The position numbers and the translations under genes were made by a program. Under the pieces are notes generated by a model. It was not told the origin of the DNA and made no database searches. It worked only from the letters and a program-made list of their open reading frames with translations. A DNA stretch of 64,000 nt, from NCBI GenBank assembly GCA_042090255.1, contig JBELJS010000010.1, forward strand, positions 8,491-72,490. Direction: 5' to 3'. This stretch comes from Alcanivorax sp. GTDB lineage: Bacteria > Pseudomonadota > Gammaproteobacteria > Pseudomonadales > Alcanivoracaceae. Shown one piece after another: positions 10,768 through 20,195 of the stretch; within the stretch, counting starts at the first letter, position 1; each line of letters opens with the position of its first letter.

Positions 10768-12294
10768 TTACCAGTCAAACGTACGGCGCCACTGCGCCAT
10801 GGCGGTAACCTGTTCGCGTTCACCGGCGAAGGTGTCCACCGGGTCGTCGGTGGCGGCCAGGGCCCAGGTGAGGCGGCCGCCCAGCAGGCCGTGTTCCAGC
10901 CGTAATTCCGCCAGCACGATATCTTGTTCCGCGTTGGCTTGCAGTATTTCGGCCCCATCGGGCTCGACTTGAGCTCGTTTGCCGCCTTCCGCGTTGAGGG
11001 TGGCGGTGGTCACCGAAGCGGTGAAAATCACCCCGTTGCGGAAGAACTGCTGACCACCCAGGGTCAGGGCGCGGGCGTCGCCCTCGAAGGTGGTAGCGAG
11101 ATTCCGCCCATAGTACCGGAAGCCGCTGCGATAGGTCCCGTGCTCATAGGCGGTGTTGAATTCGGCGTCGCTCAGGGCGCGGCCGGCCACGGTGTCGGTG
11201 CCCTCCAGGAAGAACCGCTGGCTGCCGGCGCCGATGCCGGTGAGGGCGTCGAAGCCGACCAGGGCGGAGAACTTGGACGGCAGGCCGCCGGCCTCGTCCT
11301 CGCCCATGAACTGCCCGTAGAAGCCGGTGGGCACGCCGAACACCGGGAAGCCGGCCCGGAAATCAAAGCCGGCCACCTGGTTACTAGGGTCATTGTCGTC
11401 CCCGGGGGCGGTGTTCTGCTGCCCATTGTCCTTACCAATCAAGGCATCACCGAAAGAATCCAGGCCCTGCGGCCGCCCTTCCCCGCCCCACTGGAACAGC
11501 CGGGTCAGGCCGATCTGCAGGAAGCTGGCCGGGCGGAAGGTGAGACGACCGCCGACCAGCTTGGCGTCCGGCACCGCCCGGTCCTGCTCAAGCTGGCCGA
11601 TAAACGCCTGGAAGTCCCAGGGGCCGATCCAGTTGAGCCAGGGCGAGCGCGGGGCGTAGTGGGTCTGGCGGCCGAACCACAGGCCCGGCACCGGACGGGC
11701 GTTATTCGAGAGTGCCAGGGAGCTGTGGTGGCCGGGGCCCCACCAGCGGTCGATGGCGCCGGCGCCGAGCTGCCAGTTGCCGAAACGCCCGGCGACAAAG
11801 CTGCCGTCGGCGCGCACTTCGCTGGCCTGCTCACGATCGTCGGTGTCGGTGTAGCCGGCCTGGATGCGGGCGGCGACGCGGCGGCCGGTGAAAGACACCG
11901 CCGCCGAGCTGTCCACCTGACCGGCGGGCTGGGCGCCGAAATGACGGAACAACGGCTCTTCGTTGGCGCCGCCAAGGGTGACGGTGGCGGTGCGGGTTTC
12001 GGTTTTGGCGCGGTCCAGGGCGGCACGCAAATAGGCGGCGTGTTCGCTGGTGCGGCAGGTGTCGCTGGCGCCGCGCAGGCCTTCGGCCACGGCGGACCAG
12101 TTGACCGGCCAGGTGGTGGTGAGGCCGTCGAAACAGCCCAGCGCCGAGAGCGCTTCCAGATGATGCCGGGCGCGTAAATCCCCGGTCTCCGCCCAGGGGG
12201 CGGCGGCGGCCGTCGCGCTGATGCTTAGCAGTATACCCAGGGCTCCGCCTTTGACTGCTTGGGGCCAGGAGGCCCGCTTGAACCTACTTAACAC
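10768..12294 (-). CDS. wzi: Capsule assembly protein Wzi family (GTG start)
   Basis: Signal peptide, then ETGDLRARHHLEALSALG...TTWPVNW. This resembles the Wzi N-terminal motif. 508 aa, Gly/aromatic-rich and beta-barrel-like. Confidence 0.75.
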   Translation of the reverse strand: MLSRFKRASWPQAVKGGALGILLSISATAAAAPWAETGDLRARHHLEALSALGCFDGLTTTWPVNWSAVAEGLRGASDTCRTSEHAAYLRAALDRAKTETRTATVTLGGANEEPLFRHFGAQPAGQVDSSAAVSFTGRRVAARIQAGYTDTDDREQASEVRADGSFVAGRFGNWQLGAGAIDRWWGPGHHSSLALSNNARPVPGLWFGRQTHYAPRSPWLNWIGPWDFQAFIGQLEQDRAVPDAKLVGGRLTFRPASFLQIGLTRLFQWGGEGRPQGLDSFGDALIGKDNGQQNTAPGDDNDPSNQVAGFDFRAGFPVFGVPTGFYGQFMGEDEAGGLPSKFSALVGFDALTGIGAGSQRFFLEGTDTVAGRALSDAEFNTAYEHGTYRSGFRYYGRNLATTFEGDARALTLGGQQFFRNGVIFTASVTTATLNAEGGKRAQVEPDGAEILQANAEQDIVLAELRLEHGLLGGRLTWALAATDDPVDTFAGEREQVTAMAQWRRTFDW

Positions 12295-12299
12295 TGGCG

Positions 12300-12423
12300 G
12301 CTTCCTATCCTGATGGTTGGTATGTTTCCCCGGTCCCTGGGGCGAGGATTATCACCCGCAAGTTTTGTCATGCCTATGACACGCAGCGGCATTTTACATT
12401 GTGTTTACGATATTGCTAACCCC
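12300..12423. repeat. Conserved intergenic element, copy 1 (upstream of wzi)
   Basis: About 125 bp, similar to 16506-16630. The core is tatcacccgcaagttttgtca(t/c)gcctatgaca...gcattttacattgtgttt. It contains the palindrome TGTCATnnnnATGACA at 12366-12381. On the minus strand it has TAGGCA (12371-12376), a 17-nt spacer and GATAAT (12348-12353). Confidence 0.85.
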
Positions 12424-12449
12424 GGGTGACAGAACAGCACTCCCCCGGG

Positions 12450-13910
12450 TCATTTGCCACTGGATGGGCGCAATCGGCCGGTTAGGCTGGACACCAGCTT
12501 ACGCAGATCGGCGGCCGGGAGGAGCTTCAGGGCCACGACGGCAACGACCATGGCCAGCAGCAGCAAGGTCTTGGCGATGATCGCCAGCCATAGAGGCACC
12601 TCCGAGGCATCGATCCAGACACCCAAGAAGGATAGCCCGGCGAAACAAAGCATCGCCAGGAAGGCGTTGGACCAGGCGTAGGGGACGGGATAGAGCCGCT
12701 GGCTGATCCACACCCAGCCAAGAAAGAACACCAAGGCACTGGCCAGGGTGGCGATGGCGGCACCGGTGACACCAGCCAGCGGCACCAGGGCCAGGTTGGC
12801 GACCACGCTGACCGTGGCGGACACCAGGGTAAGCCAGAACTGCCAGTAGGTTTTCTTGGTGATCACGATGCCCGGCGCGAAAATGTACATCTGAGACATC
12901 AGCATGGCGGGGGCCAGATAAATCACCAACGACGCCGCCTCGGCATAGGCCGGCTTGGCCAGGACCAGGATCGCTTCCCGGGCGAACGCCGAGAGGAACA
13001 GGCAGGCCGGGAAGGCGAATGCCAGAAACCAACCGAACAGAGTGGCGATTTCACCGGGTGTCTCGGGACGCCGGTGGTTTTCATAGATCAGCGGCGTCAG
13101 CGCTGCTCTGATGCCTATGATCAACAAGGCGGCGATGCCGGCGATGCGGCTGGCGATGCCGAACACACCCACCTCTTCCAGCGACATGAAGTGGTTGAGC
13201 GCCAGCCTGTTCACGTACAGGTTCAGGAACACTAGAAAACCCGCCGGCACCAGAGGCGCCGAGAACCGCAGCATCTTCTTCAGCAGACGGGTGTCGAACA
13301 ACGGGCCGTAACTGGACCGCAGCATGTAAAAACAGGCCAATGACGCGCTCGCGGCGGCCATAAACTGGGCCAGCATCACCCCAACCAGCTTCATATCCAG
13401 AAGCACACAGAACAGCACGGCAAAACACACCGTCAGGAGCGCGTAGGCGACACTAACGGACGCATAGGCCCGGCTTCTCAACTGCCAGCGGAACTGGTTG
13501 AGCAGCAGCAGATAAAGGCCGTTGGCAGCAATGAACAACAGCCCCATGCGAAATGCGGGCAGATACTCCGAATCTCCGAGGAGCGTTGCCGTCAGCGGCT
13601 CGGCGAACCACAGCGCCACGGCCAGCCAGAAACCGTACATGCCGAGGGAGAAAAACAGGGCGGTGCTGGCCAGGCGTCGTTTCTCATCAGCATCGGCGGC
13701 CTCGGCCCAATGCCGGGCCAGCCCCTGGGATATCTCCAGGGCGATAGTCAGATTGGCCAGGGCGCCGAGGGTGATCAGTAAATCATAGGCACCGTACTGT
13801 GAAACCGTGAGAACGTGGGTGTACAAAGGCAACAGGAAAAACGCCATACCTCTAGAAAGTACGGTCGCAAGACCGTAAATGAGACTGTCTCGCAATGCGG
13901 CTTTAAGCAT
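12450..13910 (-). CDS. wzx: Oligosaccharide-unit flippase Wzx (MOP/PST family)
   Basis: 486 aa with about 12-14 hydrophobic segments, in polysaccharide-locus context. It overlaps the upstream gene by 8 nt. Confidence 0.8.
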   Translation of the reverse strand: MLKAALRDSLIYGLATVLSRGMAFFLLPLYTHVLTVSQYGAYDLLITLGALANLTIALEISQGLARHWAEAADADEKRRLASTALFFSLGMYGFWLAVALWFAEPLTATLLGDSEYLPAFRMGLLFIAANGLYLLLLNQFRWQLRSRAYASVSVAYALLTVCFAVLFCVLLDMKLVGVMLAQFMAAASASLACFYMLRSSYGPLFDTRLLKKMLRFSAPLVPAGFLVFLNLYVNRLALNHFMSLEEVGVFGIASRIAGIAALLIIGIRAALTPLIYENHRRPETPGEIATLFGWFLAFAFPACLFLSAFAREAILVLAKPAYAEAASLVIYLAPAMLMSQMYIFAPGIVITKKTYWQFWLTLVSATVSVVANLALVPLAGVTGAAIATLASALVFFLGWVWISQRLYPVPYAWSNAFLAMLCFAGLSFLGVWIDASEVPLWLAIIAKTLLLLAMVVAVVALKLLPAADLRKLVSSLTGRLRPSSGK

Positions 13911-15207
13911 CAGGACTCGCCGGCTGGTTTAACAATTTTGCAAGCTGTTGTTTCAGTTCAGATTTACCTTCCAGCCGAAAAGCCGGCCACCCGAAATGGT
14001 CAACAATATAGCGACCCACCAAAACAATCTGGTCTTGGTCAACACCGCAACCATGAACATATGAGAGCTCTTTGGCTGAGCAGAGCCAACTCGCAGGCAC
14101 GTCGCCGTTTAGCAGCCGCAGATAACGTTGAGCGACCAATCGATTGTCCCACCGACTGTGAATAAAATCGCGTGCGGCCAGCCCCAACTCAGTACGATAC
14201 TTGTGATCGTCGATCAAATTCGCCACGGCTTCCTCCAGCTTATCCGGCATGACATAAACACTCGGAGGCATGTCGTCGCTGGCGATATAATCGCTGGCGC
14301 ATTCAGAAAAGTAGCCCGCCACTACCGTGGGTTTGCCAAAGTGGGCAGCCTCGGTGGCAAAAAAAGCCATAGGCGAATCTGAGTACAACTGGTCGATCAC
14401 GAAATCACACCGGGCCAGCTCTTCCCTCACTTTAGAGTTCGGCACGCCCTTTAGCTCTATGAAATCAATCAAATAGCCTTTCTTCTGAAGCCTGCTCACC
14501 ACTGCACGTATTTCATCAGAGCCTTTGATTAACGGTTTCGAAGGGCTGTGAAGAATACGCACTGCGCGATCTGTCTGTGCGACATCCGTAGCCATCGTAT
14601 GATTCGCTCGTGAAACAGGCACCCCCATTGAAAACCAGTTAACGAAATCTCTCCGATGGAACTGCCCGGTGCCAGGAGCATTGACGACGTAATCAGCTTT
14701 ACGCTCCTGAAACCAAACCTTCTTCGATACTTTCTTAGAGGCGTGGACAGCCCGCGTTGCTGCTTGAGCAGAAGGCACACCTGAAATGCTGCCACCACTC
14801 AGATAAGGCGGGCGACAGTCACTACCAAGATAGACGAATATTATTTTTTTGTTCATTGAGCGCAATAAAAAAAGCTCAAAGCGAGTGTTGGTTATGGTTT
14901 TTCCGTATACGAATATATAAGCGTCAAAAATAAAGGCAGAGTAAAAGAGGACCAACCAAGAGAGCAAGAACTGAAGCCCCCAGACCACACCCTTTAATGG
15001 CAGGGGCATCGACGCATTCTTTGCACGAAAGCTTCCTAAACAGCGCCAAATTCGAACTACCACAGGCTGCTTATCATCCGCGCCATCATAACCAAATGGG
15101 TGGGAAGCGGACAGATAGCTTTCAGCGGACACACCGATAGACCGTAAACCGCTAGTCAAGCCCGCCACAAAGCCAGCCACTTCAACGGTACCTAGCATTA
15201 CTTTCAT
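13903..15207 (-). CDS. Unknown-function protein, paralog A (possibly a divergent GT-B transferase)
   Basis: 434 aa, collinear with the 16755-18047 product. Shared blocks are VNAPGTGQFHR, FVNWFSMGVPVS, VRILHSPSKPL.KGS, IDFIELKGVPN.KVREELARCDFVIDQLYSD.PMAFFATEAAH.GKP.VV. One hydrophobic segment lies near residues 73-95. AT-richer than paralog B. Confidence 0.85.
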   Translation of the reverse strand: MKVMLGTVEVAGFVAGLTSGLRSIGVSAESYLSASHPFGYDGADDKQPVVVRIWRCLGSFRAKNASMPLPLKGVVWGLQFLLSWLVLFYSAFIFDAYIFVYGKTITNTRFELFLLRSMNKKIIFVYLGSDCRPPYLSGGSISGVPSAQAATRAVHASKKVSKKVWFQERKADYVVNAPGTGQFHRRDFVNWFSMGVPVSRANHTMATDVAQTDRAVRILHSPSKPLIKGSDEIRAVVSRLQKKGYLIDFIELKGVPNSKVREELARCDFVIDQLYSDSPMAFFATEAAHFGKPTVVAGYFSECASDYIASDDMPPSVYVMPDKLEEAVANLIDDHKYRTELGLAARDFIHSRWDNRLVAQRYLRLLNGDVPASWLCSAKELSYVHGCGVDQDQIVLVGRYIVDHFGWPAFRLEGKSELKQQLAKLLNQPASPDA

Positions 15208-15248
15208 ATCACCAATCCCTGGATTCTTTATTACTAGGAAACGGCCCG

Positions 15249-15374
15249 CTAGCGCTCAAAGGCCTCGCTTTTTTTTGATCCCTGTGCCAATTGGCCCGGA
15301 CGCAAAACCTCGACCACAGACTCAATCGCCTGCTCGCTGATATTGGGTCTCGACAGGTTGATCATACGGCTCAC
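15249..15374 (-). pseudogene. 5' remnant of a DegT-family aminotransferase gene
   Basis: The minus strand reads (GTG)[24 protein letters not shown], identical to the N-terminus of the 18068-19192 product. It then diverges and stops after 41 codons. It keeps the same GTGA overlap with the upstream SDR gene. Confidence 0.8.
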
Positions 15375-16357
15375 TTACTCTGGAAAAGAGCCGGCATTTC
15401 CGGCAAATCGTCCATATTCTTGGAGATCCACTCACCGGTGCGGAGCAGCCCCTCTTCCAAGTCCACGCGCGCTTCGAAATCGATCAGCTCTTTGGCTTTA
15501 TCCACATTGGGGATGCGCAGCTCGATATCCGCGGAAAGAGCGTCCCTGAAGACGATTTTCGACTTGGAATTCAGTACCCGGCAAATGGTTTGCGCCAGGC
15601 CATAGATCGTCGTGACGGCTCTGGCATTACCGATATTAAAGGACTCGCCTATGGCCTTGGGCATGACCAGGGCCTTCATCAAGGCGTCGATCATATCGTC
15701 GATGTAACACCAAGCACGTATCTGAGCGCCGTCGCCAAAGATATAGATGTCTTCGTTTTTCAGCGCTTTGCGGATCATGATGGAGATAGCGCCCTCGCCG
15801 ATCTGGCCGGGGCCATACACATTAAAAGGCCGGAACGTGACCGTCGGCAGGTTGTGCTGGCGGTGGTAGGCATGGGTCAGGTGCTCGCCGGCCAACTTAC
15901 TGACGGCGTAGGTCCAGCGCGCCTCCCCCACCGCACCGGTGGTAGTGGAATCCACTTCTTCCACGCGGTAGGCCCGCGACCCGAAGACCTCGGAGGTGGA
16001 GAACTCGAGGAAACGCTCGACGGTGCCAGCGGACTGGGCCGCCTCCAGCGCGTTGGCGGTACCGACCATGTTCACGGTCATGGTGTTGACCGGATTAACC
16101 AGGGTATTGTCGATGCCCGCAATCGCGGCGGCGTGGATGAACACTTCCGCCCCCCGGGCCGCTTCTTTGAGAGATTCGCTATCGAGAATATCGCCTTGTT
16201 TCACGGTCAGGTTCTTGTGCCCATACGCAGCACTGCGTTCCAGCGAATTGCGACTGAGGTTGTCGTACGCGACGATCTCGTTGTCTTCGATCAGCTTTCC
16301 AATCAGGGTAGAGCCAATAAATCCGGCACCGCCGGTAATGAAGATCCGTTTTCCTTT
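15301..16357. repeat. Perfect direct repeat, copy 1 (~1057 bp)
   Basis: Offset is 3818 nt to 19119-20175. All ORF-track translations in several frames are identical across the two copies. Identity decays at 15287-15300 and breaks at 16358 and 16365. Confidence 0.9.
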
Positions 16358-16363
16358 GAGCAT
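15371..16363 (-). CDS. NAD-dependent epimerase/dehydratase (extended SDR, ArnA C-terminal-domain-like), copy 1
   Basis: [27 protein letters not shown] (RWxYxxSK as in ArnA-type UDP-GlcA oxidative decarboxylases), FRPFNVYGP. The protein is identical to the 19189-20181 product. Confidence 0.85.
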   Translation of the reverse strand: MLKGKRIFITGGAGFIGSTLIGKLIEDNEIVAYDNLSRNSLERSAAYGHKNLTVKQGDILDSESLKEAARGAEVFIHAAAIAGIDNTLVNPVNTMTVNMVGTANALEAAQSAGTVERFLEFSTSEVFGSRAYRVEEVDSTTTGAVGEARWTYAVSKLAGEHLTHAYHRQHNLPTVTFRPFNVYGPGQIGEGAISIMIRKALKNEDIYIFGDGAQIRAWCYIDDMIDALMKALVMPKAIGESFNIGNARAVTTIYGLAQTICRVLNSKSKIVFRDALSADIELRIPNVDKAKELIDFEARVDLEEGLLRTGEWISKNMDDLPEMPALFQSK

Positions 16364-16505
16364 GACGTCTTTCCTTTTTAAGACACTGCAATATTAAAAA
16401 ACGCTTAGGCGCTATCTCTATTCTCTATTTATTGAGGCATCAAGATTTCAGCAAACCAATCCGCCGCTGGGCGACCTCATCGCCAACCAGAAGAGCTGCT
16501 CTGCA

Positions 16506-16630
16506 GCTTCCTATCCTGATAATTTGTGTGTAGATCCCATCTTCCTGGGTCGAGGAGTATCACCCGCAAGTTTTGTCACGCCTATGACAGGCAGACGCAT
16601 TTTACATTGTGTTTCCTATACTGCTAACCC
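16506..16630. repeat. Conserved intergenic element, copy 2 (upstream of SDR copy 1)
   Basis: Similar to 12300-12423. On the minus strand: TAGGCG (16579-16584), 17-nt spacer, GATACT (16556-16561). Confidence 0.85.
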
Positions 16631-16754
16631 TGAGCGACTAAACGGTCAAAGGATTCTGTTGGATTGCTGGGCTGGGCCAGCTACCAAAGGGGTCATTGAT
16701 ACCGCGGGCCTTCTGTCGCGCAGTGCCGGGCTGAACATTTTCGTCCTCAAGTGG

Positions 16755-18047
16755 CTAACTTAACAGGTGCGCAAGGCGTTCTTCCAAGGCAGGCTTTCCC
16801 CGGAGCTGAAATGCATCCCATCCGTAGTGATCGAATATATAGTGGCCCATGGCTTTGAATTCTTTCTCAGACACCCCCAGCCCGCCCAGGTACGATAGTT
16901 CCGCTGGCGAGCACCACCAACTGTCGGGCACGTCATCGTTGAGCAAGGCCAGATAACGCCGTGCCACTGCCTCGTTACGCCAGCGTCCGCGCACAAAATG
17001 GCGGGCGGCGGCGCCCAACTTGGCCCGGTAATCCCTGTCATCAATAAGGCGGGCTACGGCTTCTTCTAGCTGATCCGGCAATACATAGGCGCTGGGTGGG
17101 ATGTCCTCGCTATGGAGGTACCGGTTCACGTAAGTGGAGAAATATCCCCCAACCACCGCGGGCTTTCCGTAGTGTGCCGCCTCGGTGGCGAAGAATGCCA
17201 TCGGCGTGTCGGAGTAGAGCTGGTCGATAACAAAGTCACAGCGCGCCAGCTCCTCTCTGACTTTAGCGTTCGGGACGCCTTTCAGCTCTATAAAGTCAAT
17301 GGCATAACCCCTTTTCCTGAGACTGGCGATTACAGCGCGTATCTCATTGGACCCTTTCAAAAGGGGTTTCGAGGGGCTATGGAGGATACGTACCGGGCGG
17401 CTTTCCTGGGTGTCGCCCTCGGGAGGCGACTCCTCGGCTTCCGATACCGGGACGCCCATGGAAAACCAGTTCACAAACTTCTTGCGGTGAAACTGGCCAG
17501 TGCCCGGCGCATTCACCATGTAATGCGCGTAGCGCTCCTGAAACTGAACTGCTTTTGATACCTTTCTTGATGCTCTAACGACTCTTGGCGCCGCTTTATC
17601 AGGGGCCATACCCGCGCAATAGCCGCCGCTCATGTACGGCGGGCGGGAATCACTGCCCAGGGAGACGAATATTATCTTTTTCCCGAGAAGGCGCAGTAAC
17701 CACAACTCGAAGCGGGTATTGGTGAACGTCTTTCCAGCAACGAAAATATAGGCGTCGAATAGACGTACCGAACGGAACAGAACGAACCAGGCGATCACGT
17801 TCTGGGCCGCGAGAAGGGCCGCCCGGATAAGGAACGGCAACGGGGGCGTCCTCTGAAACAAGGTCCCCAGATGCCGCCAAATGCGGACGGTCGGGCTTTT
17901 CTTCTCCTCCTCGTCGCCATAGGAGAAAGAATGCCGCTCCGATACATAGCTTTCGGCATCGACGCCGAGCTTCCGTAGACCCTGAACCAGATTGGCGACG
18001 AAGCCAGCAGTTTCCACGGGCGCAATCAGCACTTTCATGTCACGCAT
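16755..18047 (-). CDS. Unknown-function protein, paralog B (possibly a divergent GT-B transferase)
   Basis: 430 aa, collinear with paralog A with roughly 60 percent identity by eye. It shares the same conserved blocks and the same hydrophobic segment. Confidence 0.85.
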   Translation of the reverse strand: MRDMKVLIAPVETAGFVANLVQGLRKLGVDAESYVSERHSFSYGDEEEKKSPTVRIWRHLGTLFQRTPPLPFLIRAALLAAQNVIAWFVLFRSVRLFDAYIFVAGKTFTNTRFELWLLRLLGKKIIFVSLGSDSRPPYMSGGYCAGMAPDKAAPRVVRASRKVSKAVQFQERYAHYMVNAPGTGQFHRKKFVNWFSMGVPVSEAEESPPEGDTQESRPVRILHSPSKPLLKGSNEIRAVIASLRKRGYAIDFIELKGVPNAKVREELARCDFVIDQLYSDTPMAFFATEAAHYGKPAVVGGYFSTYVNRYLHSEDIPPSAYVLPDQLEEAVARLIDDRDYRAKLGAAARHFVRGRWRNEAVARRYLALLNDDVPDSWWCSPAELSYLGGLGVSEKEFKAMGHYIFDHYGWDAFQLRGKPALEERLAHLLS

Positions 18048-18067
18048 TCCCGCCCCCTGCTGCTGGT

Positions 18068-19192
18068 CTAGTCAACGCCTGATAACACCGCCGTCAAACT
18101 CTCGGCAACCTGGCGTATCTGGTCCGGCGTCATGCGCTCATACAGCGGCAGCGCCAGTCCCTGGGCGTACAAATTCGGCCCCACTTCGCATGTACCCGAC
18201 GCAGGCCCGTAGAGACCGATTTCCTGCATGCTCTGGGCGCCGAGATTGGATTCGATGCCCGCCGCCTTGAGCTTCGCTATCACCTCGGCGCGATCAAAAC
18301 GGCCATTGAGCACCACCATGAAGGTCTGCCAGCTGTGGCCCGGATCGGCGTTTGGCAGGGTCAACAACCCCTCACCGGCGAGCGCGGCCAGATTTTCCAT
18401 GTACAGCGCGGCTAGCTCTCGACGATCACTGACCCAGCCGTCCAAGGACGGTAACTGGGCCCGACCCAACGCCGCCTGGAAGTTCGTTAGCCGATAGTTC
18501 AGCGACGGCTCCACAAAGCGCATACCGGTATCGGTACGCTCCATACCGTGGTTGCGGAGGCGACGCGCCCGTTGGGCCAGCTCTTGATTGTCGGTGGTCA
18601 GCAACCCGCCCTCGCCGGTGGTCAGGGTCTTGCGCGGGTGAAAGGAAAAACAAGCCAGATCACCAAAGGTGCCGGTTTGACGCCCGTTGAGGTTCGCCCC
18701 CAAAGCGCAGGCCGCGTCTTCGACCACATAAAGACCGTGCTTTTCCGCGATGCCGCTGATCGCGGTCATGTCGGCGGGATGCCCGAATTCGTGGACCGGC
18801 ATCACGGCCCTCAAGCGCTCTGGACCGCGCCAGCCTTCGATGATCTCGCGCAACCGCTGTGGATCCAGGTTGTAGGTATCCGCCCTGACATCCACCAACA
18901 CGGGGCGTGCGCCCACGGCCACTACTGCATTTGCCGTGGCGGGAAAGGTAAAGTCAGGAATCAGGACCGCGTCGCCAGCGCCAACATCGAGGGTCATCAA
19001 CGCCAAGTGCAACGCCGCGGTGCCCGAGGACACCAGAATGGCCTCCCGGGAGCCGAGATACGCGGCCAGTTCTTGTTCAAAGGTTTCGCTTTCGGGGCCA
19101 TGCACCAATTGCCCCGAGCGCAAAACCTCGACCACAGACTCAATCGCCTGCTCGCTGATATTGGGTCTCGACAGGTTGATCATACGGCTCAC
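18068..19192 (-). CDS. DegT/DnrJ/EryC1/StrS-family sugar aminotransferase (PLP-dependent), GTG start
   Basis: 374 aa. [34 protein letters not shown] (PLP-lysine region). It overlaps the upstream SDR gene by 4 nt. Confidence 0.85.
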   Translation of the reverse strand: MSRMINLSRPNISEQAIESVVEVLRSGQLVHGPESETFEQELAAYLGSREAILVSSGTAALHLALMTLDVGAGDAVLIPDFTFPATANAVVAVGARPVLVDVRADTYNLDPQRLREIIEGWRGPERLRAVMPVHEFGHPADMTAISGIAEKHGLYVVEDAACALGANLNGRQTGTFGDLACFSFHPRKTLTTGEGGLLTTDNQELAQRARRLRNHGMERTDTGMRFVEPSLNYRLTNFQAALGRAQLPSLDGWVSDRRELAALYMENLAALAGEGLLTLPNADPGHSWQTFMVVLNGRFDRAEVIAKLKAAGIESNLGAQSMQEIGLYGPASGTCEVGPNLYAQGLALPLYERMTPDQIRQVAESLTAVLSGVD

Positions 19193-20175
19193 TTACTCTG
19201 GAAAAGAGCCGGCATTTCCGGCAAATCGTCCATATTCTTGGAGATCCACTCACCGGTGCGGAGCAGCCCCTCTTCCAAGTCCACGCGCGCTTCGAAATCG
19301 ATCAGCTCTTTGGCTTTATCCACATTGGGGATGCGCAGCTCGATATCCGCGGAAAGAGCGTCCCTGAAGACGATTTTCGACTTGGAATTCAGTACCCGGC
19401 AAATGGTTTGCGCCAGGCCATAGATCGTCGTGACGGCTCTGGCATTACCGATATTAAAGGACTCGCCTATGGCCTTGGGCATGACCAGGGCCTTCATCAA
19501 GGCGTCGATCATATCGTCGATGTAACACCAAGCACGTATCTGAGCGCCGTCGCCAAAGATATAGATGTCTTCGTTTTTCAGCGCTTTGCGGATCATGATG
19601 GAGATAGCGCCCTCGCCGATCTGGCCGGGGCCATACACATTAAAAGGCCGGAACGTGACCGTCGGCAGGTTGTGCTGGCGGTGGTAGGCATGGGTCAGGT
19701 GCTCGCCGGCCAACTTACTGACGGCGTAGGTCCAGCGCGCCTCCCCCACCGCACCGGTGGTAGTGGAATCCACTTCTTCCACGCGGTAGGCCCGCGACCC
19801 GAAGACCTCGGAGGTGGAGAACTCGAGGAAACGCTCGACGGTGCCAGCGGACTGGGCCGCCTCCAGCGCGTTGGCGGTACCGACCATGTTCACGGTCATG
19901 GTGTTGACCGGATTAACCAGGGTATTGTCGATGCCCGCAATCGCGGCGGCGTGGATGAACACTTCCGCCCCCCGGGCCGCTTCTTTGAGAGATTCGCTAT
20001 CGAGAATATCGCCTTGTTTCACGGTCAGGTTCTTGTGCCCATACGCAGCACTGCGTTCCAGCGAATTGCGACTGAGGTTGTCGTACGCGACGATCTCGTT
20101 GTCTTCGATCAGCTTTCCAATCAGGGTAGAGCCAATAAATCCGGCACCGCCGGTAATGAAGATCCGTTTTCCTTT
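19119..20175. repeat. Perfect direct repeat, copy 2 (~1057 bp)
   Basis: See 15301-16357. Confidence 0.9.
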
Positions 20176-20181
20176 AAGCAT
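19189..20181 (-). CDS. NAD-dependent epimerase/dehydratase (extended SDR, ArnA C-terminal-domain-like), copy 2
   Basis: 330 aa, identical to the 15371-16363 product. Confidence 0.85.
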   Translation of the reverse strand: MLKGKRIFITGGAGFIGSTLIGKLIEDNEIVAYDNLSRNSLERSAAYGHKNLTVKQGDILDSESLKEAARGAEVFIHAAAIAGIDNTLVNPVNTMTVNMVGTANALEAAQSAGTVERFLEFSTSEVFGSRAYRVEEVDSTTTGAVGEARWTYAVSKLAGEHLTHAYHRQHNLPTVTFRPFNVYGPGQIGEGAISIMIRKALKNEDIYIFGDGAQIRAWCYIDDMIDALMKALVMPKAIGESFNIGNARAVTTIYGLAQTICRVLNSKSKIVFRDALSADIELRIPNVDKAKELIDFEARVDLEEGLLRTGEWISKNMDDLPEMPALFQSK

Positions 20182-20195
20182 GCTGCGTTATCTCT

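Noticed and set aside
16524-16763. 79-aa ORF in the long intergenic gap of the polysaccharide locus.
   Set aside because: It is on the opposite strand to the operon, has no RBS and spans the conserved noncoding element. There are no recognisable motifs.
15249-20181. Transposon or IS-mediated origin of the 1.06-kb duplication.
   Set aside because: There is no transposase, no terminal inverted repeats and no target-site duplication at the repeat ends. The boundaries fall inside ordinary genes, which favours homologous or illegitimate recombination.
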